DNA of 55,740 nt from positions 1 through 55,740 of the forward strand of contig JAJDOE010000129.1 of NCBI GenBank assembly GCA_022340345.1. Reading direction: 5' to 3'. Of this stretch, positions 20,834 through 33,867 are shown piece after piece. The translations under genes were made by a program, and so were the position numbers. The notes beneath the pieces were generated by a model. The model was not told the origin of the DNA. It did not search any database and saw only the letters and a list, made by a program, of their open reading frames with translations. How positions within the stretch are numbered: position 1 is the first letter of the stretch; every line of letters begins with the position of its first letter. The stretch is from Gammaproteobacteria bacterium. GTDB lineage: Bacteria > Pseudomonadota > Gammaproteobacteria > HyVt-429.

Positions 20834-22351
20834 ATGTCCCTGGCCATCGTGCATTCCCGGGCCCTGGGCGCGGTCCGCGCCCTTCCGGTCACCGTGGAGG
20901 TTCACCTGGCCAATGGCCTTCCGGGCCTGTCTATCGTCGGCCTGCCCGAAGCGGCGGTGCGCGAGAGCAAGGACCGGGTTCGCAGCGCCCTGATCCAGAC
21001 GGGTTTCGAGTTTCCGGCGCGGCGCATCACGATCAACCTGGCGCCCGCCGACCTGCCGAAGGGAGGCGGGCGTTTTGACCTGCCCATTGCCCTGGGCATC
21101 CTTGCCGCCGCCGGCCAGCTACCCCGTGACCCGCTGGCGGAGTACGAGTTTGTCGGCGAGCTGGCGCTGGACGGGCAGCTGCGGCCCGTTGCGGGCGCTC
21201 TGACCGCGGCCCTGGGGGTGCGGGGAAGTGGCCGCAGCCTGGTATTGCCCGCGGAGAATGCCGCAGAGGCGGCGCTGGTCCCGGGCCTGGTCTGTGTCGG
21301 TGCGCCGCACCTGCTGGCGCTTAGCGAACACCTGCATGGCCGCGTACTGCTGCCGCCACAGCAAACGGCGCCGGCCGGCGGCGCACGCCACAAGGCCCCG
21401 GACCTGCGCGATGTTCGCGGCCAGCCCCACGCCCGGCGCGCCCTGGAGATCGCTGCCGCCGGCGGCCACAGCCTGCTGTTCGTGGGTCCGCCCGGAACCG
21501 GCAAGACCCTGCTGGCCTCGCGGCTTCCGGGCCTGCTGCCGCCGCTGGGCGACGGTGAGGCGCTGGAAGTTGCGGCCATCGAATCCCTGGCCGGGGTAGC
21601 GCTGAACCCGGTCCACTGGCGAACGCCGCGATTCCGTGCTCCGCATCACACGGCCTCCGCCGTGGCGCTGGTGGGAGGGGGTTCGCACCCGCGTCCCGGG
21701 GAGATTTCCCTGGCGCACCACGGTGTTCTGTTCCTGGATGAACTGCCGGAGTTCGAGCGGCGGGTGCTGGAGGTGCTGCGGGAACCGCTGGAGTCCGGCG
21801 TGATCCATATTTCCCGCGCGGCCCGGCAGGCGAGTTTTCCCGCCACGTTTCAGCTGGTGGCGGCGATGAATCCCTGCCCCTGCGGATACCAGGGGCAGGC
21901 TCGCTGCCGCTGCACGCCGGCCCAGGTGCAACGCTACCGGGCGCGCATCTCCGGCCCGCTGCTCGACCGCATCGACATGCACGTGCCGGTACCGGTGCCG
22001 GACCCGGCCGCCCTGTGGGGGCCGCCGGACGGGGAGGACTCCGCGGACGTGGCGCGGCGGGTGCGGGTCGCCCGGGAGCGTCAGCAGCAGCGCAATGGCG
22101 CCCGACCCAACGCCCGGCTGGCGGGGCGGGCGTTCAGCGAGGCTTGTGCGCTGGCGGATTCCGGCTACCGGATGCTGCAGCAGGCAGGTGAGCGGCTGGG
22201 CTTATCGGCGCGGGCCTTTGATCGCATCCGGCGGCTGGCCCGCACGGTCGCCGACCTGGAGGGAGAGCCGGGCATTTCCACCACCCACCTGGCCGAGGCC
22301 ATCGGCTACCGGCGCCTGGATCGGAATCCCGCGCCGCGCCCGGGTGGCTGA
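20834..22351 (+). CDS. yifB: YifB/ComM family Mg-chelatase-like ATPase
   Basis: 'LPGLSIVGLPEAAVRESKDRVRSAL', Walker A 'GPPGTGKT', and 'GVLFLDELPEF'. 505 aa. Confidence 0.93.
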   Translation: MSLAIVHSRALGAVRALPVTVEVHLANGLPGLSIVGLPEAAVRESKDRVRSALIQTGFEFPARRITINLAPADLPKGGGRFDLPIALGILAAAGQLPRDPLAEYEFVGELALDGQLRPVAGALTAALGVRGSGRSLVLPAENAAEAALVPGLVCVGAPHLLALSEHLHGRVLLPPQQTAPAGGARHKAPDLRDVRGQPHARRALEIAAAGGHSLLFVGPPGTGKTLLASRLPGLLPPLGDGEALEVAAIESLAGVALNPVHWRTPRFRAPHHTASAVALVGGGSHPRPGEISLAHHGVLFLDELPEFERRVLEVLREPLESGVIHISRAARQASFPATFQLVAAMNPCPCGYQGQARCRCTPAQVQRYRARISGPLLDRIDMHVPVPVPDPAALWGPPDGEDSADVARRVRVARERQQQRNGARPNARLAGRAFSEACALADSGYRMLQQAGERLGLSARAFDRIRRLARTVADLEGEPGISTTHLAEAIGYRRLDRNPAPRPGG

Positions 22352-22354
22352 CGG

Positions 22355-22558
22355 TTATTCGTCCGGATTGTGCAGGGCCGGAGTAAGGAGGTGGGTGATC
22401 TCGAGCCAGCGTTTTCGGTAGCGCTCTAAAAAACTTCCCGGCGGCGGGGCATGGTACTCGCCCACCTTGAAACCGTGTTCGCGAACGTATTGGTTGAATT
22501 CCCGTTGCAGTTCGAGGTGCTCGCGGACCAGATCGGCGACGCTGGTTTCTTTGGCCAT
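22355..22558 (-). CDS. Hypothetical small protein
   Basis: 67 aa from the ATG at 22558, preceded by 'ggag' at 7-nt spacing. I recognise no family. It is less GC-rich than its neighbours. Confidence 0.4.
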   Translation of the reverse strand: MAKETSVADLVREHLELQREFNQYVREHGFKVGEYHAPPPGSFLERYRKRWLEITHLLTPALHNPDE

Positions 22559-22721
22559 GGGTGTGCTCCGTTTGGGTGATGGGGGATTCACCCCGGGACC
22601 AGCCTATGCGCTCACCGGGGGTAGTGGCAATCTTTTCTCCAGCACCTGAGAATCAGGGCATGGTCTGGAATGCAAAGGCAGCAGGCACCACGATTCCTGC
22701 GATCTGCTGCGGGGAGCCCGC

Positions 22722-23831
22722 GTGAACCGGCCCGTACGAATCCGTTTTTCGGATATCGGCGAGCATCGCCACGGCGATCTCTTTATTCGCTGGCTGGTGC
22801 CCTATTTTCACGCCACGGGAGTCCCCTGGGAGTTTTCGGATCCTCCCGATGTGCTGTTCGTCGGTTTCAACGGCGTTGATTACCGGCGTTACGACTGCCC
22901 ACGTGTGATCCTGAGCGGGGAGAATGTGCATCCCAATTTCGATGAATTTGACTTCGCCCTGGGCAACGATTTGCTGAACGATTCGCGGTACCTGCGGGTA
23001 CCGTTTGGTCATCGCAATTTTCCGCGCCTGGATGTGCTGACCGCTAAACCAAAACCCGGGGACATTGCCCGGGACCGTACGCAGTTCTGCAACTTCGTGT
23101 ATTCGAATCCACACCCGCGGGAGCGGATACGGATGTTTCGATTGCTGTCCCGTTACCGCAAAGTCGATTCCTTCGGTCCGGTGCTCAACAATATGCCTTT
23201 CGAACCACACACCGGCGAGCGCTTTGCCCCGGACTGGCCGGAGGTCAAGCGGCAGCTACAGGCGCGATACAAGTTCACTATTGCGTTCGAAAGCGAGTCG
23301 TGGCCGGGCTACGTGACCGAGAAAATCTGCGATGCCATGGAGGCGGGTTCGGTTCCCATTTACTGGGGCAGTCCATGTATTGCTGACGATTTCAATACAC
23401 GCTCCTTTATCAACTGCCACGACTATCCTTCATTCGAAAAGGTAGTCGAACGGATTGTTGCGATCGATCAGGATGAGTCACTCTACTTGCGTATGCTGGG
23501 CGAGCCCTGGTTCAGGGACAACCGGGTTCCGGACCAATTCGCGCCAGAGCGGTTGCAGAGTTTCCTGCGGGACATCTTCCTCCGTTGCCGGGAAATTCTG
23601 CCTGTTGCACGACAACCGGAAGCGCTGGCGCGCGCCTCGGGGATGCCAAGTCCAGGAGAGACTATTCGTCAGCGCTACGGCCCCTGGCAGCGGTGGTATC
23701 GTCAGCGACGTTACGTACGCTGGCCTGCGCGAGTGAACCAGGTGCGGCGAGCCATGCGTGGCATTCGCCAGGGGGACTGGAGCCGGATCCGGGACCGCCT
23801 TAGCAAGCGGTTCGGCCGGCAGGCGGACTGA
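22722..23831 (+). CDS. Glycosyltransferase family 10 (alpha-1,3/4-fucosyltransferase-like)
   Basis: GT10 blocks 'FCNFVYSNPHPRERIRMFRLLSRYRKVDSFGPVLNN' and 'YKFTIAFESESWPGYVTEKICDAMEAGSVPIYWG'. It has an Arg/Trp-rich C-terminal tail and a GTG start. Confidence 0.8.
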   Translation: MNRPVRIRFSDIGEHRHGDLFIRWLVPYFHATGVPWEFSDPPDVLFVGFNGVDYRRYDCPRVILSGENVHPNFDEFDFALGNDLLNDSRYLRVPFGHRNFPRLDVLTAKPKPGDIARDRTQFCNFVYSNPHPRERIRMFRLLSRYRKVDSFGPVLNNMPFEPHTGERFAPDWPEVKRQLQARYKFTIAFESESWPGYVTEKICDAMEAGSVPIYWGSPCIADDFNTRSFINCHDYPSFEKVVERIVAIDQDESLYLRMLGEPWFRDNRVPDQFAPERLQSFLRDIFLRCREILPVARQPEALARASGMPSPGETIRQRYGPWQRWYRQRRYVRWPARVNQVRRAMRGIRQGDWSRIRDRLSKRFGRQAD

Positions 23832-23838
23832 CCCCGGA

Positions 23839-24729
23839 TCAGGTGGTCACCGGTTCCGCATTTGGTCGGAACGCACGCACGATGAAATCCGGGTTGGATC
23901 GGGACATGGCGAAGGAAAGGGTGATGTGCAGGTACCCCCAGAACTGGAACTGGGACAGAAAAAGAGAGCCGCCGAGTTGGTAGTTCAGTGGGCCGAGGGG
24001 TGATAACAGCAGGAAAATGCCGCTGAACAGTATGGTCAGGCCCGCATACCGCAGCGACGCGCGGGAATCCCGGCCCAACGGGGTGCTGAACGGAAACACC
24101 AGCCAGAAAAAAAAGTGGTAAAAAATTACGTCATAGAAATCCATCGGGTATACGAAGCCTAACGCCAGGATGGCTGCCCAGGGCGCCTCCGCCAGCACCG
24201 CCTCCCGAACCAGGCCTCGCTCCCCTTCGCGGGTGATGGAATGCAGGGCATAGAAGAATACGGCGTACAGGATCGCGATTGCCCCCACCATCATTTTTCC
24301 GTCGAGTACGCCAATCAGCGCCGTCTGCGTCGGGTAGTGGCGAAGTACGGTCAGATAAATCAGCAGGTTGGCCGCGAATAGCGCACTGACAACCACGCCG
24401 CGGCCGGCTCGCTGCGGGATTTTCCGGTACAGCGTGTACACCTCGTTCAGGGCATGGTGCACGCCGAACAGCATCAGTAACGGGAGCCCCGCGACGTACA
24501 GCGCGAGACCCCCGGCGGCCAGCAGGACGGTACGCCAGGTGCCGCCGCTGGCGCGGATGTGCTGCCACTGGTAGCGTGAGTAGAAGAAACTCAGGAGGTA
24601 ATGGGAGTAGGCCAGGCTGAACAGCAGCGCTGCGTAGAGCTCCCAGTTTCCCCGTGCCATCAGCACCGTCGCTGCCAGCAGCGCCAGGGTCATCAACCGA
24701 ATAACGGCGGCATTCTGCAGCCAGGGCAT
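23839..24729 (-). CDS. Polytopic membrane protein of unknown function (~8-9 TM)
   Basis: 296 aa from 'MPWLQNAAV'. It is strongly hydrophobic and carries His-containing motifs 'YSHYLLSFFY' and 'GVHHALNE'. I recognise no family. Confidence 0.55.
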   Translation of the reverse strand: MPWLQNAAVIRLMTLALLAATVLMARGNWELYAALLFSLAYSHYLLSFFYSRYQWQHIRASGGTWRTVLLAAGGLALYVAGLPLLMLFGVHHALNEVYTLYRKIPQRAGRGVVVSALFAANLLIYLTVLRHYPTQTALIGVLDGKMMVGAIAILYAVFFYALHSITREGERGLVREAVLAEAPWAAILALGFVYPMDFYDVIFYHFFFWLVFPFSTPLGRDSRASLRYAGLTILFSGIFLLLSPLGPLNYQLGGSLFLSQFQFWGYLHITLSFAMSRSNPDFIVRAFRPNAEPVTT

Positions 24730-24799
24730 GTGTGATCCGAAACCAGGATTCAGGCGCAATTATGGCGCCGCAGGCTAGTGGCTGTCGATGCAGAATCCC

Positions 24800-24813
24800 T
24801 TGACCTGAGTCAA
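24800..24813. promoter_or_regulatory. FNR/ANR/DNR-type (CRP-FNR family) binding box
   Basis: Perfect palindrome TTGAC-CTGA-GTCAA (consensus TTGAT-N4-ATCAA). On the plus side a -10-like 'GACAAT' lies at 24836-24841, which suits class II spacing. It lies 88 nt before the TBDR start and 77 nt before the divergent membrane-protein start. Confidence 0.6.
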
Positions 24814-24894
24814 TTCCTGTTGGGAGCGGGGGGCGGACAATACGTCCAACCCTAACCAACCGGCGCCCCGACTTGCGATCCGGCAGAGGCCTCC

Positions 24895-29245
<4,351 letters not shown>

Positions 29246-29266
29246 CCGCACTCGGTGGTCAATTCA

Positions 29267-29297
29267 GGGCGGGGCCTTCGGGCCCCGCCTTTTTTTA
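29267..29297 (+). terminator. Rho-independent terminator of nirS
   Basis: 'gggcggggcc ttcg ggccccgcc' followed by 'ttttttt', 22 nt after the stop. Confidence 0.85.
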
Positions 29298-29477
29298 TGG
29301 GTCCGTTGCCGGGTGCGGCAATGGCTGCTGGTTGATCGGCAAGGGAATCAGGGTGCCCGCCGGTACCCGCGCGAATGCGGTACCGGCCACGCCGATACCG
29401 GTGCGGATGCCGCCGCTGAACCGCATTGCACGGCTGCCGCGCATTGCCGCCAGTCGCCCGGTATGATCCCGTCCAGC

Positions 29478-30521
29478 ATGCGTGTCACGTGGCTGGTCAA
29501 CCTGGAGCAAGGATTTCTGCCGGAACGCCTGGGCGCCGACTATTGTGCCACCTGCAACGTGGCCAGTTACCGGTACCGCGTGGGACTGCCGGCGCAGGCC
29601 CTGCAACGGGGCGGCCTGGATTGCTCGGTGGTAGTGGTCTCGGGGCACTCGGAATGTGAAATGCCGAAGACGGACGTTCTGGTGGTGCCCAAGCTGTCGA
29701 CGAAATTGGCGGAGGATTTCCGGGTCCGGGCGCCACGCTGGCTGGCGATCATCGATCGGCTGAAGGCGGACGGCGCCCGGGTGGTGGTGGACGTTTGCGA
29801 CAACCATTTCTCTGACTACCGCGGCCCGGTGCTGCGGGCGCTGGTAGCGCGTGCGGATGCCGTCACCTGCAGCACCGGGGAGATGCAACTCGTGCTCGGT
29901 CGCGAGGCCGGGGTCAACGCGACCATCATCGGTGACCCGGTATCGGGCGGCGCCCGCGGGGAGGTGCGTTTCGCTCCGGGTGAGCCCCTGCGGCTGTTGT
30001 GGTACGGCAATGCAAGGAACCTGCCGGCATTCATTCCGCAATGGCCGGGTCTGGTGAAGCTGGCGGGCGAACACCCGCTGCACCTGAGCCTGCTCAGCAG
30101 TGCGTACCCCGAAGTGGAAGAATTCCTGGCGCAGTTGCGGCGGGAACCGGCCAACGGCATAGAGATTGCGTTTACGGAATGGTCGCTGGCGGCTATGGAT
30201 GCCGCGTTCGTGGCCTGCGACCTGGTCATTCTGCCGGGCCTGCCCGAGGATCCATGGTACCGGGTAAAGAGCGCTAACCGGCTTACCGACGCCCTGTGGG
30301 CCGGGCGCCCGGTACTGGCCAGCCCGGTGCCCGCCTATCGGGAGTTTGCGGACTGCGCCGGGTTGGGAGAGGACCTGGCCGCGGGTATCCGCAGCGCCCT
30401 CGCGGACCCGCAGCTGGTGGCAGAGCGCACCCGGATGGGACAACTACGGGTGGCGGAGACCCTGAGCTCCCAGGCGATCGCCCGGTGCTGGCTGGACGTT
30501 TTCCGGGCGGCGACCGCCTGA
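29478..30521 (+). CDS. Putative GT-B fold glycosyltransferase
   Basis: The C-terminal half resembles GT1/GT4-type domains ('DLVILPGLPEDPWYRVKSANRLTDALWAGRPVLASPVPAYREF'). The start is ATG 29463 or 29478. The longer ORF from 29313 is low-complexity. Confidence 0.6.
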   Translation: MRVTWLVNLEQGFLPERLGADYCATCNVASYRYRVGLPAQALQRGGLDCSVVVVSGHSECEMPKTDVLVVPKLSTKLAEDFRVRAPRWLAIIDRLKADGARVVVDVCDNHFSDYRGPVLRALVARADAVTCSTGEMQLVLGREAGVNATIIGDPVSGGARGEVRFAPGEPLRLLWYGNARNLPAFIPQWPGLVKLAGEHPLHLSLLSSAYPEVEEFLAQLRREPANGIEIAFTEWSLAAMDAAFVACDLVILPGLPEDPWYRVKSANRLTDALWAGRPVLASPVPAYREFADCAGLGEDLAAGIRSALADPQLVAERTRMGQLRVAETLSSQAIARCWLDVFRAATA

Positions 30522-30614
30522 AACCGCCTGCAGTCGTCGGTGCTCCCGGGCCGTCCGGCTGCCAGTGGCGCCGGCATTGGGGTCGGATCGGCCGTGTGCC
30601 CTATAATCCGGGTC

Positions 30615-31295
30615 ATGTTTGATCTGATCGCCTTCGGCTTTGCCGGTCTGTACGCCATCGCGCTCCTGATGGTCATTCTGCTTGCCTACCGGGACCAGCC
30701 TTCCTGGGGAATGCTATTGCTGATCTGGCATGCGGCCGCTGGCGTGGTGCTGTGGCGGTCGCAGGATTCCTGGATGGCGCCCCTGTTGTTGTCTGGCGCG
30801 GTAATATTTTTTCTGGCCGCGGTCATCCGCCAGTGGAGCAAGACCCGCTGGTGGTTCGTCGCAGCCGTTGTGGGGGCCGCCGGGTTTCTCGGATTCGGCT
30901 GGCAAATCGCTCGTCCCTACCTTCCGCTGCAGCAGGTGATGATCCTCACCCCGCCGCCTCCATTACCGGAAGAAATCTACGAAGCGCCAACTCTTACCGG
31001 AATTGCGGTGTTGAAACCGGCGACCCCGGTTGCCGACCCGACGCCCGCGCCGGCACTACCCCGCGGCCCGATTTATCGCCGAATTTCCTTCGACGAAGCG
31101 GCGGCGCACGTCGGGGAGGAGTTGCGGGTCCAGCTGGTTGGGGGTCTGGTGCGCGGTGGCGAGATGGTAAGCAGCGAGGGCGACCAACTGGTGCTGCGCG
31201 AAAACCTGGCCGCTGGTTCGTCGGTGGAGTTCCGCATGGCGCGGGACGATATACAGCGGGTGGAGTTGCGGCTGGAACCGGCGGTCGCTCAGTAG
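30615..31295 (+). CDS. Hypothetical membrane protein (4 TM + Pro-rich linker + small C-terminal domain)
   Basis: ATG at 30615 ('MFDLIAFGFAGLYAIALLMVILL'). The N-terminal half is hydrophobic. No family recognised. Confidence 0.5.
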   Translation: MFDLIAFGFAGLYAIALLMVILLAYRDQPSWGMLLLIWHAAAGVVLWRSQDSWMAPLLLSGAVIFFLAAVIRQWSKTRWWFVAAVVGAAGFLGFGWQIARPYLPLQQVMILTPPPPLPEEIYEAPTLTGIAVLKPATPVADPTPAPALPRGPIYRRISFDEAAAHVGEELRVQLVGGLVRGGEMVSSEGDQLVLRENLAAGSSVEFRMARDDIQRVELRLEPAVAQ

Positions 31296-32287
31296 GCGTC
31301 GCGATCCAGCTGCAGCGGCATTTCGTCCATCAGGGCCGCCTGCTCCCGAAGCATCAGGATGTGCTCTTCCCAGTAGCGCGGGCCGCTGAACCAGGGGAAG
31401 GCCCGGGGGAAGGCCGGGTCCTGCCAGCGGCGAGCCAGCCAGGCGGCATAGTGCATCAGTCGCAGGGTGCGCAGCGCCTCGATCAGGTGCAACTCCGCCG
31501 CATCCAGTACCGCGAACGTGGTGTAGCCGCGCACCACCGCTGCCAGCTGGCGTTGCATTTCCTCCCGTTCGCCGGATAACAACATCCACAGGTCCTGGAT
31601 CGCGGGTCCGCTGCGGCAATCGTCCAGATCGACGAAATGGGGCCCGTCATCGGTCCACAGGATATTGCCTGGGTGGCAATCGCCGTGCAGGCGGATGCAG
31701 CTTACCCTTCCCGCGCGCTGGTAACATTGCTCCACCTGGGTGAGCAACTGGTTGGCCAGGCCCTCGTATGGCGAACGCAGTTCCGGCGGCAGCCAGTCAT
31801 TTTCCAGCAGGTACGCGACGCTGGGGTAACCGAACGTATGCACATCCAGCCGAGGCCGGGACTGGAACGACTGGCTGGCTCCGGTACGATGGATGCGACC
31901 GATGAAACGGCCGATCCATTCCAAGTGGTCCTCCTGGTCGAGGCTTGGATAACGCCCGCCACGCCTGTCGAAGACGGCGAAGCGGTAGCCCTCGTAGGCG
32001 TGCAGGGTTTCGCCCGCGAGTTCCCTCGGTGGCACCACCGGAATCTCGTTTTCGACCAGTTCGAGGGTGAAGGCATGTTCTTCCCGGATCTGTTCATCGC
32101 TCCAGCGCCCGGGCCGGTAGAATTTGGCGACGCAACTGCTTCCGTCCACCATGCCGAGCTGGTACACGCGGTTTTCGTAGGAATTGAGTGCCAGCATACG
32201 CCCGTCCGGAACCAGTTCCACGGACTCCACCGCCCGCAGGATGCGGTCCGGCGTCAGGTGTTCGTAGGGCGTCTTTTCTTCCGTCAT
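31289..32287 (-). CDS. srkA: Stress response Ser/Thr kinase SrkA (YihE/RdoA)
   Basis: 'LALNSYENRVYQ','AKFYRPGRWS','IRLHGDCHPGNILW','FVDLDD'. 332 aa. Confidence 0.88.
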   Translation of the reverse strand: MTEEKTPYEHLTPDRILRAVESVELVPDGRMLALNSYENRVYQLGMVDGSSCVAKFYRPGRWSDEQIREEHAFTLELVENEIPVVPPRELAGETLHAYEGYRFAVFDRRGGRYPSLDQEDHLEWIGRFIGRIHRTGASQSFQSRPRLDVHTFGYPSVAYLLENDWLPPELRSPYEGLANQLLTQVEQCYQRAGRVSCIRLHGDCHPGNILWTDDGPHFVDLDDCRSGPAIQDLWMLLSGEREEMQRQLAAVVRGYTTFAVLDAAELHLIEALRTLRLMHYAAWLARRWQDPAFPRAFPWFSGPRYWEEHILMLREQAALMDEMPLQLDRDAY

Positions 32288-32290
32288 TGC

Positions 32291-32326
32291 AAAAAAAGGC
32301 CGGCTCCCCGAACACGGGGGCCGGCC
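32291..32326 (-). terminator. Rho-independent terminator of the cytochrome c5 gene
   Basis: The stem 'ggccggctccccg'/'cgggggccggcc' has one unpaired t on the 5' arm. The minus-strand T7 run is read as 'aaaaaaa' at 32291-32297 on the plus strand. Confidence 0.8.
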
Positions 32327-32350
32327 TTTGATGCCAGTTTCAGGCGATGG

Positions 32351-32836
32351 TTACTTGGCTTGCTCCACCATGTAGGCAACCGCCGCCTTCACGGCGTCGT
32401 CGGGCAGGCTGGCGTTGCCGCCCTTGGCGGGCATGAAGCCGGTCTTGCCCTGGAATCCCTTGATGGCGTGCTCTTCCAGTACCGCGAGGCCCTGGGCGAT
32501 GCGCGGGTCCCACAGGGCCTTGTCACCGAGCTTGGGCGCACCGGCCACACCAGCGGCATGGCAAGCGGAGCACGTGGTCTCGTAGGTCGTTTTGCCGTCG
32601 GCGGCTTCCGCCACCGGGACCAGCACATCGAGGGCCTGCTGTGCGGCCATCTGCACGCTGCCCACCGGGGCGGTGCGCTCGGCCACGGTGGCCGCGTTGC
32701 TGTCATCGGAGGCGGTCTTGCCGCCAACCCCGTTGGCCAGCACGAAAAGGAGGATGGTAAGCAACGCCAGACCCGCGATCATGGCGGTGAAGCGCTTGGT
32801 GAAGGTCATATCGCTCATATCGGAATGCGGCAACAT
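32351..32836 (-). CDS. Membrane-anchored class I c-type cytochrome (cytochrome c5-like)
   Basis: TM anchor 'FTAMIAGLALLTILLFVL', heme motif 'CSACHAAG', and 'GFMPAKGG' (Met ligand). I chose the ATG at 32836, which has 'aagggg' 9 nt upstream. The ATGs at 32818 and 32809 are also possible. Confidence 0.8.
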   Translation of the reverse strand: MLPHSDMSDMTFTKRFTAMIAGLALLTILLFVLANGVGGKTASDDSNAATVAERTAPVGSVQMAAQQALDVLVPVAEAADGKTTYETTCSACHAAGVAGAPKLGDKALWDPRIAQGLAVLEEHAIKGFQGKTGFMPAKGGNASLPDDAVKAAVAYMVEQAK

Positions 32837-32962
32837 ATTTGCTAACCCCTTGAAATATCGATGAATAATCTGCCGACGTCGGCGGCAACCAGAAGAACGG
32901 GCCGCATAGTAGCGTATCCGGCAAATCCTCGCCAAGCCCTATCATGCGCTTTTGGCCGGCGA

Positions 32963-32991
32963 TGGACGCGTTTGTGGCGCGCCGGTATGCT
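32963..32991 (+). promoter_or_regulatory. Candidate sigma-70 promoter of tRNA-Arg
   Basis: 'TGGACG'-N17-'TATGCT' followed by a GC-rich discriminator 'tgcgccccc' directly before the tRNA 5' end. Pattern match only. Confidence 0.3.
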
Positions 32992-33000
32992 TGCGCCCCC

Positions 33001-33077
<77 letters not shown>

Positions 33078-33158
33078 TTTATTTGGTAAATCAATCGGTT
33101 GCAGGAGCGTCGATGGCGGCGACCATCTCCCGGCCACAACCCCTCCGGATTGCACTGA

Positions 33159-33788
33159 CTACTTGCCGCGTTCGGCGGCGGCCTTCGCCACCAGGAAATC
33201 CAGGACCGCGGGTAAGTCGGCATGGCCCCCGGCCATGTAGGAAGAGGTCCGGTAGCGGCCGTCCACGATCAGGGTCGGTACCGAGTTGGCCTCATAGCGA
33301 GTGCCGACGAGGCGCGCCTGGCGCACCTTGCTGTCCACGGCGAAGGAGTTATAGGCATCCAGAAAGGTCTGTCGCTGGATACCGTGCGCAACCGCGAAGT
33401 CGGCAATTGCATCCGCGTCGGCCATGTGTTTGTGCTGCTCGTGGATGGCCTTGAAAAAGGCAAGATGCAGCTTGTCCAGGACCCCGAGTACCTCGAAGGT
33501 GTAGTAGGCCTGGGCGTGCTTGGCCCAGCTGTCGCGCAGCACCACGGGCATGCGCAGGAAGGCGACGTTGGCGGGTTTCTTGGCCAGCCACTGCTGCAGA
33601 ACCGGTTCCAGGTTGAAGCAGTGCGGACAGCCGTACCAGAACAGCTCCCGGACCTCGATCTGGTCGCCGGTGTCCACCGGCTGCTTGTCGAGCAGTAACT
33701 GGTAATGCACGCCTTCCACGTACTCGGTGGCGGGGGCGGCAAGGGAAAACATGGCCAGCAGGGAGGCGACAACCAGGCGTTTGAACAT
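33159..33788 (-). CDS. dsbA: Thiol:disulfide interchange protein DsbA
   Basis: Signal peptide and the active site 'FWYGCPHCF'. 209 aa. Confidence 0.93.
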   Translation of the reverse strand: MFKRLVVASLLAMFSLAAPATEYVEGVHYQLLLDKQPVDTGDQIEVRELFWYGCPHCFNLEPVLQQWLAKKPANVAFLRMPVVLRDSWAKHAQAYYTFEVLGVLDKLHLAFFKAIHEQHKHMADADAIADFAVAHGIQRQTFLDAYNSFAVDSKVRQARLVGTRYEANSVPTLIVDGRYRTSSYMAGGHADLPAVLDFLVAKAAAERGK

Positions 33789-33867
33789 CGGTTCGGGGAC
33801 TCCGGTTTAAGGGGCGGTGGGCATGATAGCGCATGCCCCGGTATTGTTTCTCGCGTTCACAATGCGG

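Noticed and set aside
24730-24894. Cobalamin riboswitch or Fur box upstream of the TonB-dependent receptor.
   Set aside because: I could find no B12-box-like sequence or the conserved riboswitch helices in the ~165-bp leader. I also found no AT-rich GATAATGATAATCATTATC-like Fur site. Only the FNR-type palindrome stands out.
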